DNA from: Pseudovirgaria hyperparasitica | Taxonomy: Eukaryota | Assembly: GCA_010093815.1 (NCBI GenBank) | Contig: ML996565.1 | DNA: 64,000 nucleotides | Reading direction: 5' to 3' (one strand) | Part shown: piece by piece, positions 1 through 11,111 of the stretch | Layout: the number at the start of each line of letters is the position of its first letter | How positions within the stretch are numbered: position 1 is the first letter of the stretch | Translations under genes and position numbers: made by a program | The notes under the pieces: generated by a model | Databases searched by the model: none | What the model was told of the DNA's origin: nothing | What the model saw: the letters and a program-made list of their open reading frames with translations, nothing else

Positions 1-3000
1 GGTCGCTTCCGGCCTAGTACGCCTAGCCGAGCCGCCGCCTCGCCGACTCCTTATCTAGGCGGTTATAGAGGAGGAGGAGCCTCGTTTAAGTAGTAGTCGC
101 CTACGCCGCCCTCGGCTAAGCGGCCCTAAGGAGTCGCCTACCTATAGCCCGCGCCATTACTATACTACCCCCTACTAGCTCCCTATTACTCCCCCCCCGT
201 AGGAGGCCTCGCTATCACCACGCTATCCCTATACCCCGCCCCGCCACCGTAACCCGTCCTAGCGCCGCTCTCGCTCGCCGGAGCGCTATAGCCGGTCCCC
301 CGACCGCCGCGACCGGTCCCCTTACTACCGTGACTAGTCCCCCCGCCGCCGTGACCGTTTCTATAAGCGTTACCGCCGATCCCGTGACCGCTAGCGTCGT
401 ACCATTAAGGGTCGTCGCTTATCGCGTCGTTACTAGTCGCCGTCTCGTAGCCGCTATAGCCGCCCCGATGAGGTATATAACTCCCCCTTACCGCTAAGCT
501 AGATTAATAATTACCCCTACCGCTAGGAGCCGGCCTAGGGGAGGACTAGGTAACTAACCTTATAGTTAGAATTTACGGTTAAGGACCGTGCCGGCCCCGG
601 CGCCGTATAGACCTAGGGTAGAGCTAGGAGAATAACCTTTTTATGTCTTAAGGAGGGTGTCGGTTTATTATTAGGTTACTTAGGTACTTAGCGTTTAGCG
701 TTTGGTCTTTATAGAATCTCTACTCTTATATCGGGTTATTAGGGCCGCTATAGGCCCGTAATAGTAGATTAATATCTTTATTTAGGGATGCGCTAAAGTC
801 GTAGGCCGTTATATAATCGCGCGCTACTATACCGGGCCTTAAACCTATCTAGTGCCTTGGTATCCTCTACGTCCTCGAGTGGTACCTATATTAGCTATAG
901 CTAGCCCTTCTATTTTATGAGTACTTACCTCTTATTTCGCCCACGTGCGTTTTTCGCCCGAAGGATATCCTTAACCTTATATTTAGTAACGTCCTCGTTA
1001 GCTTTATTAAGTTTAAGTACCGGGCCCGGGCGAGTATCTAGCTACTCCTAGCTAGGTAGGGGGTCCTCTACGGCGCGCTCGACTAGGCTAATATAGACCG
1101 TCTTATAAAGGTCCCTAGGGAGGTCGAGGGTTACTATTAGGGGGGTAGATTAGGCGAGAACCCTATACTTAGCCTATAGCTAGTCGAGTTTCCGGCTTAG
1201 GTAATTAGTCTTTACGTTTCGGAGTAAGAACTATACTATATTACTAACCTTAAAGCGTTTAGCTAGGCGGCGTGACTAGTTAGCCGAGTTCTAGAAATAT
1301 TACTCGGCCTAGGCGATAGCCGCCTACGCTAGGGTAGTGCCGTTATAGAGGTACTTAAGGAAGTTTATAGCCCGGCCTTTCGCTAAGGTCGTGGAGGTGT
1401 TAGGGAGTGGCTATCGCGGTAATAGTTCGATATAGTATCTATTTAGAAGTAGGTTCGGCGCTATGCCGGTTACTAATAAGGTGCGGTTATTTAGGGCGAG
1501 CTGGCATGCCGGTAGATACTCCGGCTAATTAGTTTACTCGAAGGTTACTATAACGCGAAGCACCGCCTAGACCTCCTAGTTTACTCGCTCTATACTACCG
1601 TCGGTCTATAGGTGGTAGGCTATAGAGAGGTTCTAGTACACGTCCGTTATGGAGTAAAGGGTTATCTAGAACTACCCTAGCTAGTCCGAGCCCCGGTCGG
1701 TAATAATAGACTATAGAAACCCCCAGAAACGCTACCATATATCGCGGAATCGCGCCGCGTAGTCCTTAGCCGCCATAGAGGTTATCGCCTCTAGCTAGAT
1801 AAATTTTAAGAGCCAATCCGTGATAACGAGTAGGTACTAGAGCCGTAACGGGTCCGATTAGGGGAGGTCGGTTATAAAGTCTATAGAAATCTAGGACTAG
1901 AAACGGTCTAGTATCGGAAGCGGCTAGAGGAGCCTAGAGGCCTTACGCCGATTTATATAAGCTCCGTAGTAGTCGTAGTTCCGCATAAATCGCCGGATAT
2001 CGGCCTATATATACTCCTAGTAGTATTCCCGCCGGATAGCTACGTACGTCTCGTTCTTACTAGGGTAGCCTATAAGGGGGGAAGCGTGGGACCTCTAGAT
2101 AATAGTTATTATAAGCGGTTCCTATTCGGGCACCTAGATAACTCCCTACCACGTAAGTATCCCGTGTACCGATATAGCGTAGTCCGTAACCTATTTAGTT
2201 ATAAGCGCCTCCGGTAGAAAGAGGCGTGCCCCGTCTACTACGGCCGTATAGCGGACCTAATACGCCGGGACGGACTAAGCGGCTTAGTTCTAAAGCTCCT
2301 AGAGGTGGGGATTAGTAAAGATACTTTATCTCTATAGAAGGCGATCCTCCCCGGAGTAGATACTTATAGATACTATTTAGATAGCTCGCGGGGCTATAAG
2401 CTACTCCCGTAGGAGGGACTTCTTAGACGAGTCCTAGTTACGGCGGCTAAGGGCGTCCGGGCGAGCCGCCTAGAATCCCGGCCGGTATACTAGGTCGTAG
2501 TTAAAGAGTATAAGCTAGTTAGACTATCGCTACTACCGCGGGATGAGAAGGTAAGACTTAGTAAAGTACTTAAGGTTCTTATAGTCCGTATAGATCGTGA
2601 AAGGGTAGTAAACGCTCCGAAGCTCGGGTTCCCACGTCTAGAGGTACTAAACTATAGTAAGGAGCTCCTTATCGTGGATTATATAGTTCTATTAGGCGGC
2701 CGTAAGGGCCGCGGAGTAGTAGACTATTAGGTGCTAAATACCCCGAACCCTCTAGAATAGGCACCCGCCCGTTACGTGGCTAGAGTAATCTACCTCGACT
2801 ATTATATCGCGCGTCTCGTCCTAGGATTAGAGAATAGATCCTATAATAAAAGTATTCTTAAGCTTAGTAAACGCGCGGTCCTTAGTTAGGCCCTAGTAGA
2901 AGGCCGCCCCGGCCCTAGTAAGGGCGTAGAGCGGGGCCGCTATAATAGAGAAGTCGGAAAGAAAGTTACGGTAGAAGTTTATAAATCTAATAAATCGCTA

Positions 3001-6000
3001 GACGCCCCGGACCGTGGTCGGGGGCTCCTAGTCCCGGATCGTGGTAATTTTCTCTAGGTCGGGGTGGATTAATTTACCGGCGGTAATAATATACCCTAGG
3101 TACCGGACTTCCTTAGTGGCGAAGCGGCACTTAGTAAGGTTATAGTAAAGGTCCGCTTTAGTAAGAAGAGATAGGATAGTCTTTATGGCGGCCTAGTAGT
3201 CCTCTAGCATACCTAGGGTATAGATAAGGATATTATTAAGATATACTATATAGGTTACCCCTAGGACCCTACTTAGTACCCTATTAATATAGCGCTAGAA
3301 GGAGGCCGGGGTACTAGAGAGACTAAACGGAAGCACGGTCTATTTAAAGAGGCCGAACCGGGTACGGAAAGCCGTCTTATATTCGTCGCCGGCAGCCATC
3401 TATAGTTTATAGAATACCGCCTAAATATCGACCTTACTAAACTATAACGCGTTACTAATAGTATATAGAGTTTCGTATATTAGAGGAAGCGGGTATTAAT
3501 CCTACTCCGTGATACTATTAAGGGCTCTATAGTTAATATATAGCCGCCATTTCCCTCCCGGCTTAGGGACGAGTAATACTAGCGCCCCGGCCGCGGAGGA
3601 GCTAGCCTATATCTAACCCTTATCTATAAGATCCGTGAGCTAGCGGCGTAGCTCCACTAGCTACTCCCGAGATATAGCGTAGAGGGGTCCCTAAGGGAGG
3701 TTTACCGGGGTCCCTACCGGGGTGGACTTAATACGGATATAGTAGTCGGTACTCCCCTAGTAGGGGGGTAGCGCCGACGCCTTCGCCTTATTAAAGAGGT
3801 CGCGGTAGGCGTGTAGCTTTAATAGGAGTAGGCGCCTATCCTCTATAAGCTCGGACGCGTCCCGGTCGGGTATCGGAGGTGGCGGGGGGAGCATAAGCTA
3901 TAGAAGGCGGGTGACGTCGCGGATACTAGTAGCAACCACCCGTCCGCGGCGATAAGCCGTCTCTAGAGCCCCCATAATATAACCCTTCTTAGTAAGCACC
4001 CGAATGCGCGTTAGGCGTATATAGGCGTTTATATCCTAGGCTATAAGGCCGTAGGCGCGGTAGAGCGTAATCTCGCCTACCCGTATATTAATAACGGCGC
4101 CGGCCTAGTAGAGCCACGGGCTCCTAAGGATAAGGTCCCGGTCTAGCCCGGGCACCACGTAGGCGGAGAGGCGCTATCTCTATCCGGCGATATCGTACTA
4201 TATAGTAACGACTTCCGTGATCTCCGGTCCCGACGCTCTATTAGTAGTAAGAGCTACTTAATAACGTGGGACCGAGATACACGACTTAGCTACGTCCCCC
4301 GTAAGGGATAGGCTAACCGCTATAAAATACTCGTACCCTATATCTACTAAGGCGTCTATATACTTTCTATTCTAGAGGAATAGCGATATAACGGGTGGCG
4401 GCCCGTCTATAACCCGAGCGGGTACACTATCCTCCGGGTTAGAGCCGTAATCTTAGTCGCCCGTGGCTTCGTTCCCTACCGAATGTTATAACGTCCCCCG
4501 ACCCGGGCTATAGTAAGAGACTATACTTCCCCCGCCTTAGAGTCGGAATTAGTATCGTTCTAGGCCGGGGCCGCGACCTTAAGCGCCCGTATATTAACGG
4601 CGTTTAGGTAGCCCTATTATTAGTAGCTAGCCTAGCCGTACCGGGTATACACGCCCGCTATACGGCGCTCCTAGAATAAATTCTTCGGAATCCACGAAGG
4701 AGGCTCTTTCTTCTTAACCCCGTTCTTACTCTTTACCGCCGGTAAGGTAGCTCGCTCCTTACCCTTTATCTTAACGGCCTTAATAGCGACCGCTAACATT
4801 ATCGTATTACCGTCCTTATCCTTACCTAGCTTACTTTAGGGCGCCGTGTTTTACCTAGTACGGAGCCGGAATAACTCTATATCTATACTAATATCCCTAA
4901 GGCGGCCTATAGCGGCCTCGTATTAGTCTAGGAGGCCCTAGTTTAGGGCTACTACCTAGGTCTCCTAGTTAAGGCCGTCCCGGAGCCGTATAAGCTTCTA
5001 GTTATCGGCCTAGTATATCTCTCTAGCCTCCTAGAGGGCGGTATAGAACTAGACGAAGTAATCTATAAACGGCTCCTTAGCCTTTTATATAATTATATTT
5101 AGCCGTTAAAGGGCCCGCTCTTTAGTATATATATCTCCGAACTAGAACTTAAGGTAGTCTAGGAACGCGTGTAGGTCCTAGTTACCGTTTAGCCCCCTAG
5201 TAGAATATACCGCGCTAACCCCCTTCTATACCTTAGGCGCTAGATTAGCCTAGATAAGGGCCATCTAGTCCCTATAGGTGCTAATGAACTCGGTGTCCCG
5301 GGTAATCTTATACCGTATTATAATAGACCACGTATAGAAGAGAGCCTTAGACCCGTTATACGGATCGCCGAGGGGGAGAGGCTTCTATTTTATAGGCCGG
5401 TCGAGCGTAACGTACGGGGCCGATAGTAGTAAAGTAGGGGCGCGTATAGGTAGGGCCGGGTCGGGCCCGTATAGACGCTAAGGTATAGCTAAGGAGGGGT
5501 CGGGCTAGGGTAGAGACGAATCTCTATAGGTTAACGTGGTAGGAGTACGGCTATATACTTCGACCGTAACTAGGCGGGCGTTAATATACTATAGCGCCGT
5601 ATAGACGCTCTACTCGATGTCGGATATATAAGACTCGCTTACCGCTTAGGCGGCCGTAATAGACTTATATACGGCCTATATTTTATCTCGGAAGCTAAGA
5701 AAGGAGTTAGAGAGTTACCGTATTAGATTAGAGTCTTATAGGTTAAGACTATCTTATACTATAAGGCCACGTATAGGAAGAGGTTAATAAAGTTAAATTA
5801 ATATAATAGATGTGACTAAGGTGTTACTATAATAGCAATTAGGATATATTATAATTTAACTTAGAGAGAGTAGGAGTGGCTCGTATAGATTATAGCTTAA
5901 GTATAGTCTTAAGCGAGGTCACGTGATACCCCTATACTAGTCTCTATCCGTCCTGGCTCCGTCATGTAATGCTAGAGACAAGGTAAAGCCGAAGTCTATA

Positions 6001-6003
6001 ATA
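1..6003 (-). mobile_element. Ty3/Gypsy chromovirus LTR retrotransposon G1, RIP-inactivated; 3' end lies outside the window
   Basis: Minus-strand motifs after reversing RIP: Gag CX2CX4HX4C knuckle ~4607-4652, protease ~4330-4360, RT IVYL(D)(D)ILIY ~3222-3250, RNase H PDALSRR ~2441-2460, integrase AYH(P)QTDG ~1590-1620, chromodomain (VLIKWKGW...WVPLEDV) ~850-930. Gypsy domain order; many TAG/TAA stops. Confidence 0.93.
5822..6003 (-). repeat. 5' LTR of G1 (~182 bp)
   Basis: Begins TGTTAC and ends TATAATA (RIP form of TGTAACA). Lies upstream of gag and is homologous to 41592-41771. Confidence 0.8.
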
Positions 6004-6844
6004 CTATTACTACTTTATACTAAAAAGGCCCTTATTATTAAAATAATAAAGTAAGTTACTTCTTCTATTATAACTTTATTTCTATATCTTTTATACTCTA
6101 CTCTATTCTCTTATTATAGCTTAGTATAGTAAAGCTATAGCTTAGTATAATAAAAAAAATTTATCTCTAATTTTCTTAATCTTAAAGTAACTTCTTCTCT
6201 ACTCTTATATAGCTAATATTAAGTTATAGACCCTTATACTAAGTAATCCCTACTATAATAATAGTAATAGTTAACTATATATCTAGTAGCTATATAACTA
6301 GTACTCCTAGTTATAGTAGAAGTAGTAGAAGTAATAGTTATAGTCCTCTAAAGTAGCTACTAAAATTCTATAATAATAAGTACTATATCTTATCTAAGAT
6401 AGAGAGCTTCTATAAAGATATTAATAATAAATATAATAAAGAGATTCTTTATAAGTTAATCTACTATTATAGTAAGAAGACTATCTAATTCTATATAGCT
6501 AATAGCTATATGAACTTTAAGACGTACCTTACTATTAAAAATCTAGAATATTTCTATACTAGAAATAATACTAAGATTAAGAAGTTTATTCTAATAATAG
6601 TATAACTTAATATTATATCTACTAGGTATTATAAGGTTAATCTTAGCTATCCTTACTTTAGATATCTAGCTCTTATCTATATCTACTCTAAGATTACTAT
6701 AAAGATATATATAATCTATTATAAGAATAAATACTACTTTAAGTTCTACTATATTTCCCTCTTTAGTCTCTAGATATCATTTAGTTATAGTAGGTCTACT
6801 AATTATAGTATAGATAGTAAGTAGTTACGCTATTTCTTTATAGT
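6004..6844. other. Heavily RIP-degenerated unclassified sequence, probably continuous with 9969-10507
   Basis: Extreme TpA enrichment, almost no CpA/TpG/CpG, no recognisable motif. The two segments are joined across E1 by an ATAGT/GTAGT candidate TSD. Confidence 0.5.
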
Positions 6845-9800
6845 TATAAGAATAGAGTTATTAGATAGTAGTATAGTTAGATAGAATAATAGGGTATATT
6901 CTATTATAGAATAAATTACTACTAAACTCTTTTAGTAGAAATCTAAGAGTATATATATAAAGGGATGCTAATCTATCTAGTATATAACTATTTACTACCC
7001 TTTATACTATCTTCTAACTATATTAGCTAAGATATATATAGATTAGATTATATCTAAGGCTAAGTTCTAATAATTATCCCCTTTCTTTAGAAAGCTATCC
7101 TTAGTAACCTAGATTATTATCTATCTCTATATCTCTATTCTAAGTCTTATAAGACCTTAGTTATTCTCTATACTTTATCTTAGATATATATAGATATTAG
7201 CTAATCTAAGAATTATATAAGTATTTTTCTAATAAACTAGATTTTATCTATCTTAAATTCTTATATAGGTAGAATTATCTAATTAGACCTAGCGTATTAT
7301 ATAATATAATTAGATAAGCCTAGATACTATCTATATTAAAATCTTTTCTTAGAAATATTCCTTTCTTTAAAAAAACTTCTTAACTTATTATAGAGTTTTT
7401 TAGATTATTAGATATATTACCCGATTCTTATAGATATAGATTTATATAGATTTACTATAATTTAGTATAATTTATATAATTTACTAATTTTTATACTATA
7501 TTTAGCTAGTAATAATAATAATCTACTAAAATCTATATAAATTAATAATAATTATAATATAGTTTCTTAAAATCTTAATACTTAGAAGTATTTAGTATAG
7601 AAATAGATACCTTTAAATAATTCTTATCTTATCTATATTAATAATATAACAAAAGCTATTAATCTACTCTAGTCTAGACTAGACTCTAATAATCTAACTA
7701 TATATTATTATAGTTATTACTTTCTATTAGTATATATATATAGTAGTACTAATTCTATAACTTATAGTACTTATATAACTAAGAAACGCTATTATTTATA
7801 GGTATTTAAATAAGTTTAAGGAGCTTTATATAGATTTACTTATATTTATATAGATTAATATTAGATAATATCTAAATACTACTAATAAGAAGTATAGTAC
7901 TAATAATTAGAATCCTTTAGAAATATCTTTCTATAAATTATATAAATATAGTATACTTTATAGCTAGGAGTACGATTCTATAGAGATTTATACTAATCTA
8001 GCTAAAGCTACTTTAGCTATAATTACTATAATTACTAGATAATATTATTTTTCTTAAATTATTATGGATTCTTACTAATATATTTTAATCTCTATAATAG
8101 TACTAAGATCTCTACTACTTTAGACTTCTTTCTATATACTAGTAATATTAAAATTCCTAGGAAAAAATCTAGAGAGAAGACTAAGATTCTATTCTTATAT
8201 ATATTAAAGAGCTATAAAGTTAATAAAGATAACTCTAATCTAGAGGTTTCTATACTAAAGATATATAATTCTATACTAATTATTAAATCTTTTCGCTAAT
8301 TTATATAATTCTTAGTATATCTATACTAGTCTATCTCTCTCTACCCTAGTTTCTACTACTCTATAGATTTCTATAGAGAAGTTTATAACTATAAGATATA
8401 TTATATTAAGTTTATAGTATTAGAATAAAAGACTAGAGACTTATATTATAAAGCTCTATGTTAGGCACGTGCCTACTAGTTGATTATACATGTGTGTAGT
8501 AGTCGTATATAAGTAGTGTGCTCCACCCTTAAAGTAGTAGCTTTAAGATTCGGTCCTTTTAGTATAGTTAGTTAGTGCGTAGAGCCCGCCTCCTTATATA
8601 ATCTTAAAGCTACTACGGGGTTATAGGTTTAACTCTCGGTCTAGTTAACTATTATTAAATTTCGCACGATTTCGTTTAGCTTACCACGTTACGTGTACTT
8701 TATGCACGTGACGGATAATATAGTAGTAACGTTACTACGGTAAGTTAGCGTGTCTAGTACTAGAGGCGGTATTACGAATATTCGTTATGTGTGTACATGG
8801 TTTATACTAGGCCCGTTGCGGCTAGTTTAGTTTATCTTTCGTAAGGTAGTATGCCCACGACGCGTAAGGACACGCGCCTTTGAAAAGGGGGATAATATTA
8901 GACACGTAAGGAGTACGTGGCCTGCTAGTTAATTATATATATATGTAGTAGTCGTATATAAGTAGTGTGCTCTACCCTTAAAGTAGTAGCTTTAAGATTC
9001 GGTCCTTTTAGTATAGTTGGTTAGTACGTAGAGCCCGCCTCCTTATAAATTATAAGTCTAGATATTATTCTCTAAATAAAATATATTATACTTTAGTAAA
9101 AAAGAGTAGAGGGTTATTAAGAAAGTACTTTTTATAGTCTCTCTTCTAGTCTTTCTACTTCTTTTAGTTCTTCTCTATAAATATAGTTAGATCTTTAGAT
9201 TTAGATATATCTAGAGAAGAAGTAGAGTAAATTAGTAATAAAGCGGCTAGAAGTATAGTAGATTATTATAGCTCTAGTAGTAGGTAAACTAATTCCGTCT
9301 AAATTAGTATAGAAAGTTATCTATCTATTATTATTTAGTATAGTTCTTTAAGAGACTTCTTAAGTTCTTATCTCTTTATAAGAAGTTTTATATATTCTAT
9401 CTACTCTTTAAGGGTTTAAATCTCTTAGGTCTAATTTATAATATACTTCTATAGTTTAGTAATAGTTTATTATAATACCTTATATAGCTCTACTATAACT
9501 TATTATCTAGCTTCTTATTATTAGAAGTTACTTAGTATATCTACTATTTCTTTATTAGAAAGCTCTATAATTTAGTCTAATATCTCTACTTCTTAGTTAG
9601 AAATAGCTAGATTTAATACTAATTATAGAGGATCTCTATTATTTAATATAGTATTACTTATCTCTATAGTAGATTATATTAATCTTCTTAGTTCTAGTTA
9701 GACTATCTTAACTATAGTACTATATAGAGAGTAATTTAAATATAAGAATAGGGTTATTAGATAGTAGTATAGTTAGATAGAATAATAGAATATATTCTAT

Positions 9801-9968
9801 TATAGAATAAATTATTACTAAACCCTTTTAATAGAAATCTAAGAGTATATATATAAAGAGACGCTAATCTATCTAGTATATAACTATTTACCGCCCTTTA
9901 CGCTACCTTCTAACTATATTAGCTAAGGTATATATAGATCGGGTTATATCTAAGGCTAATTTCTAATA
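6845..9968 (-). mobile_element. E1: internally deleted copy of Gypsy family E, containing a mini-LTR element
   Basis: 228-bp LTRs at 6845-7072 and 9741-9968; minus-strand PPT (AAAGAAAGGGGATAAT) next to 7072; flanks ATAGT/GTAGT. Internal segments are colinear with 10738-11111, 16394-17416, 34697-35102 and 40407-40705. Confidence 0.85.
8459..9047 (+). mobile_element. TRIM-like non-coding mini LTR retroelement (589 bp)
   Basis: Direct repeats 8459-8598 and 8896-9047 (TGTTAG...CTTATA), ~297-bp interior with no ORF, PPT GAAAAGGGGGATAA at 8882-8895, TATATAAG within the LTR. Confidence 0.88.
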
Positions 9969-11111
9969 GTAGTAGATAAAAGTAAGTTATATCTCTTTTA
10001 ATTATACTATAATAAAGATCTCTAACTAATAATTAGAAAAGCTAGCTAAGATCTCTATCTATACTAGTAAAGCCTTATACTCTTATTAGTCTTCTACTAC
10101 TTCTATATATACTAGTAGACCCTTCTACTTATACTAGTCGCCTACTATAAAGATAATCTCTAGGCTAGTTATACTATACTATCTTATAAAGAAGTCTAAT
10201 CTTTAGACTATCGTCTAGGCAGTTAACTCTAAGAATACTAAGACTATATACTACTATATCTATAAATTTTATAATCTTATAAAGAAGATAGAGAAATATA
10301 CTAATAACGCTAAGACTAATACTAACTTTAAGAGTTTCTCTAAGTAAATAGTATTATTACTATATAGCTAGTTAGTTAGAGTAGTAGTAGTACTACTTTA
10401 TATTATAACTATACTTCTATATAGATAAATACTAAGCTCTTTCTCTAATATCTATTCTATCTAGATATTTATTATAAGTATTATAATTCTAAAATTTTTA
10501 GCTATATTATAAGAATAGAGTTATTAGATAGTAGTATAGTTAGATAGAATAATAGGGTATATTCTCTTATAGAATAAATTACTACTAAACTCTTTTAGTA
10601 GAAATCTAAGAGTATATATATATAAAGAGACGCTAATCTATCTAGTATATAACTATTTACTACCCTTTACGCTACCTTCTAACTAGGTTAGCTAAGATAT
10701 ATATAGATTAGATTATACCTAAGGCTAAGTTCTAATAATTATCCCCTTTCTTTAGGAAGCTATCCTTAATAACCTAGATTATTATCTATCTCTATATTTC
10801 TATTCTAAGTTCTATAAGCCTTAGTTATTCTCTATACTTTATCTTAGATTTATATAGATACTTACTAATCTAAGATTTATATAAGCGTTTCCCTAATAAA
10901 CTGGATTTTATCTATTCTAAATTCTTATATAGATAGAATTATCTAATTAGGCCTAGTATATCATGTAATATAATTAGGTAAGCCTAGGTACTACCTATAT
11001 TAAAATCTTTTCTTAGAAATATTTCTTTCTTTAAAAAACTTCTTAACTCTTTATAGAGTTTTTTAGATTATTAGATATATTACCCGATTCTTATAGATAT
11101 AGATTTATATA

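Noticed and set aside
6004..10507. DNA transposase relic in the host sequence around E1
   Set aside because: Trial translations of parts of it gave no DDE or other motif and no TIRs were seen; left unclassified.
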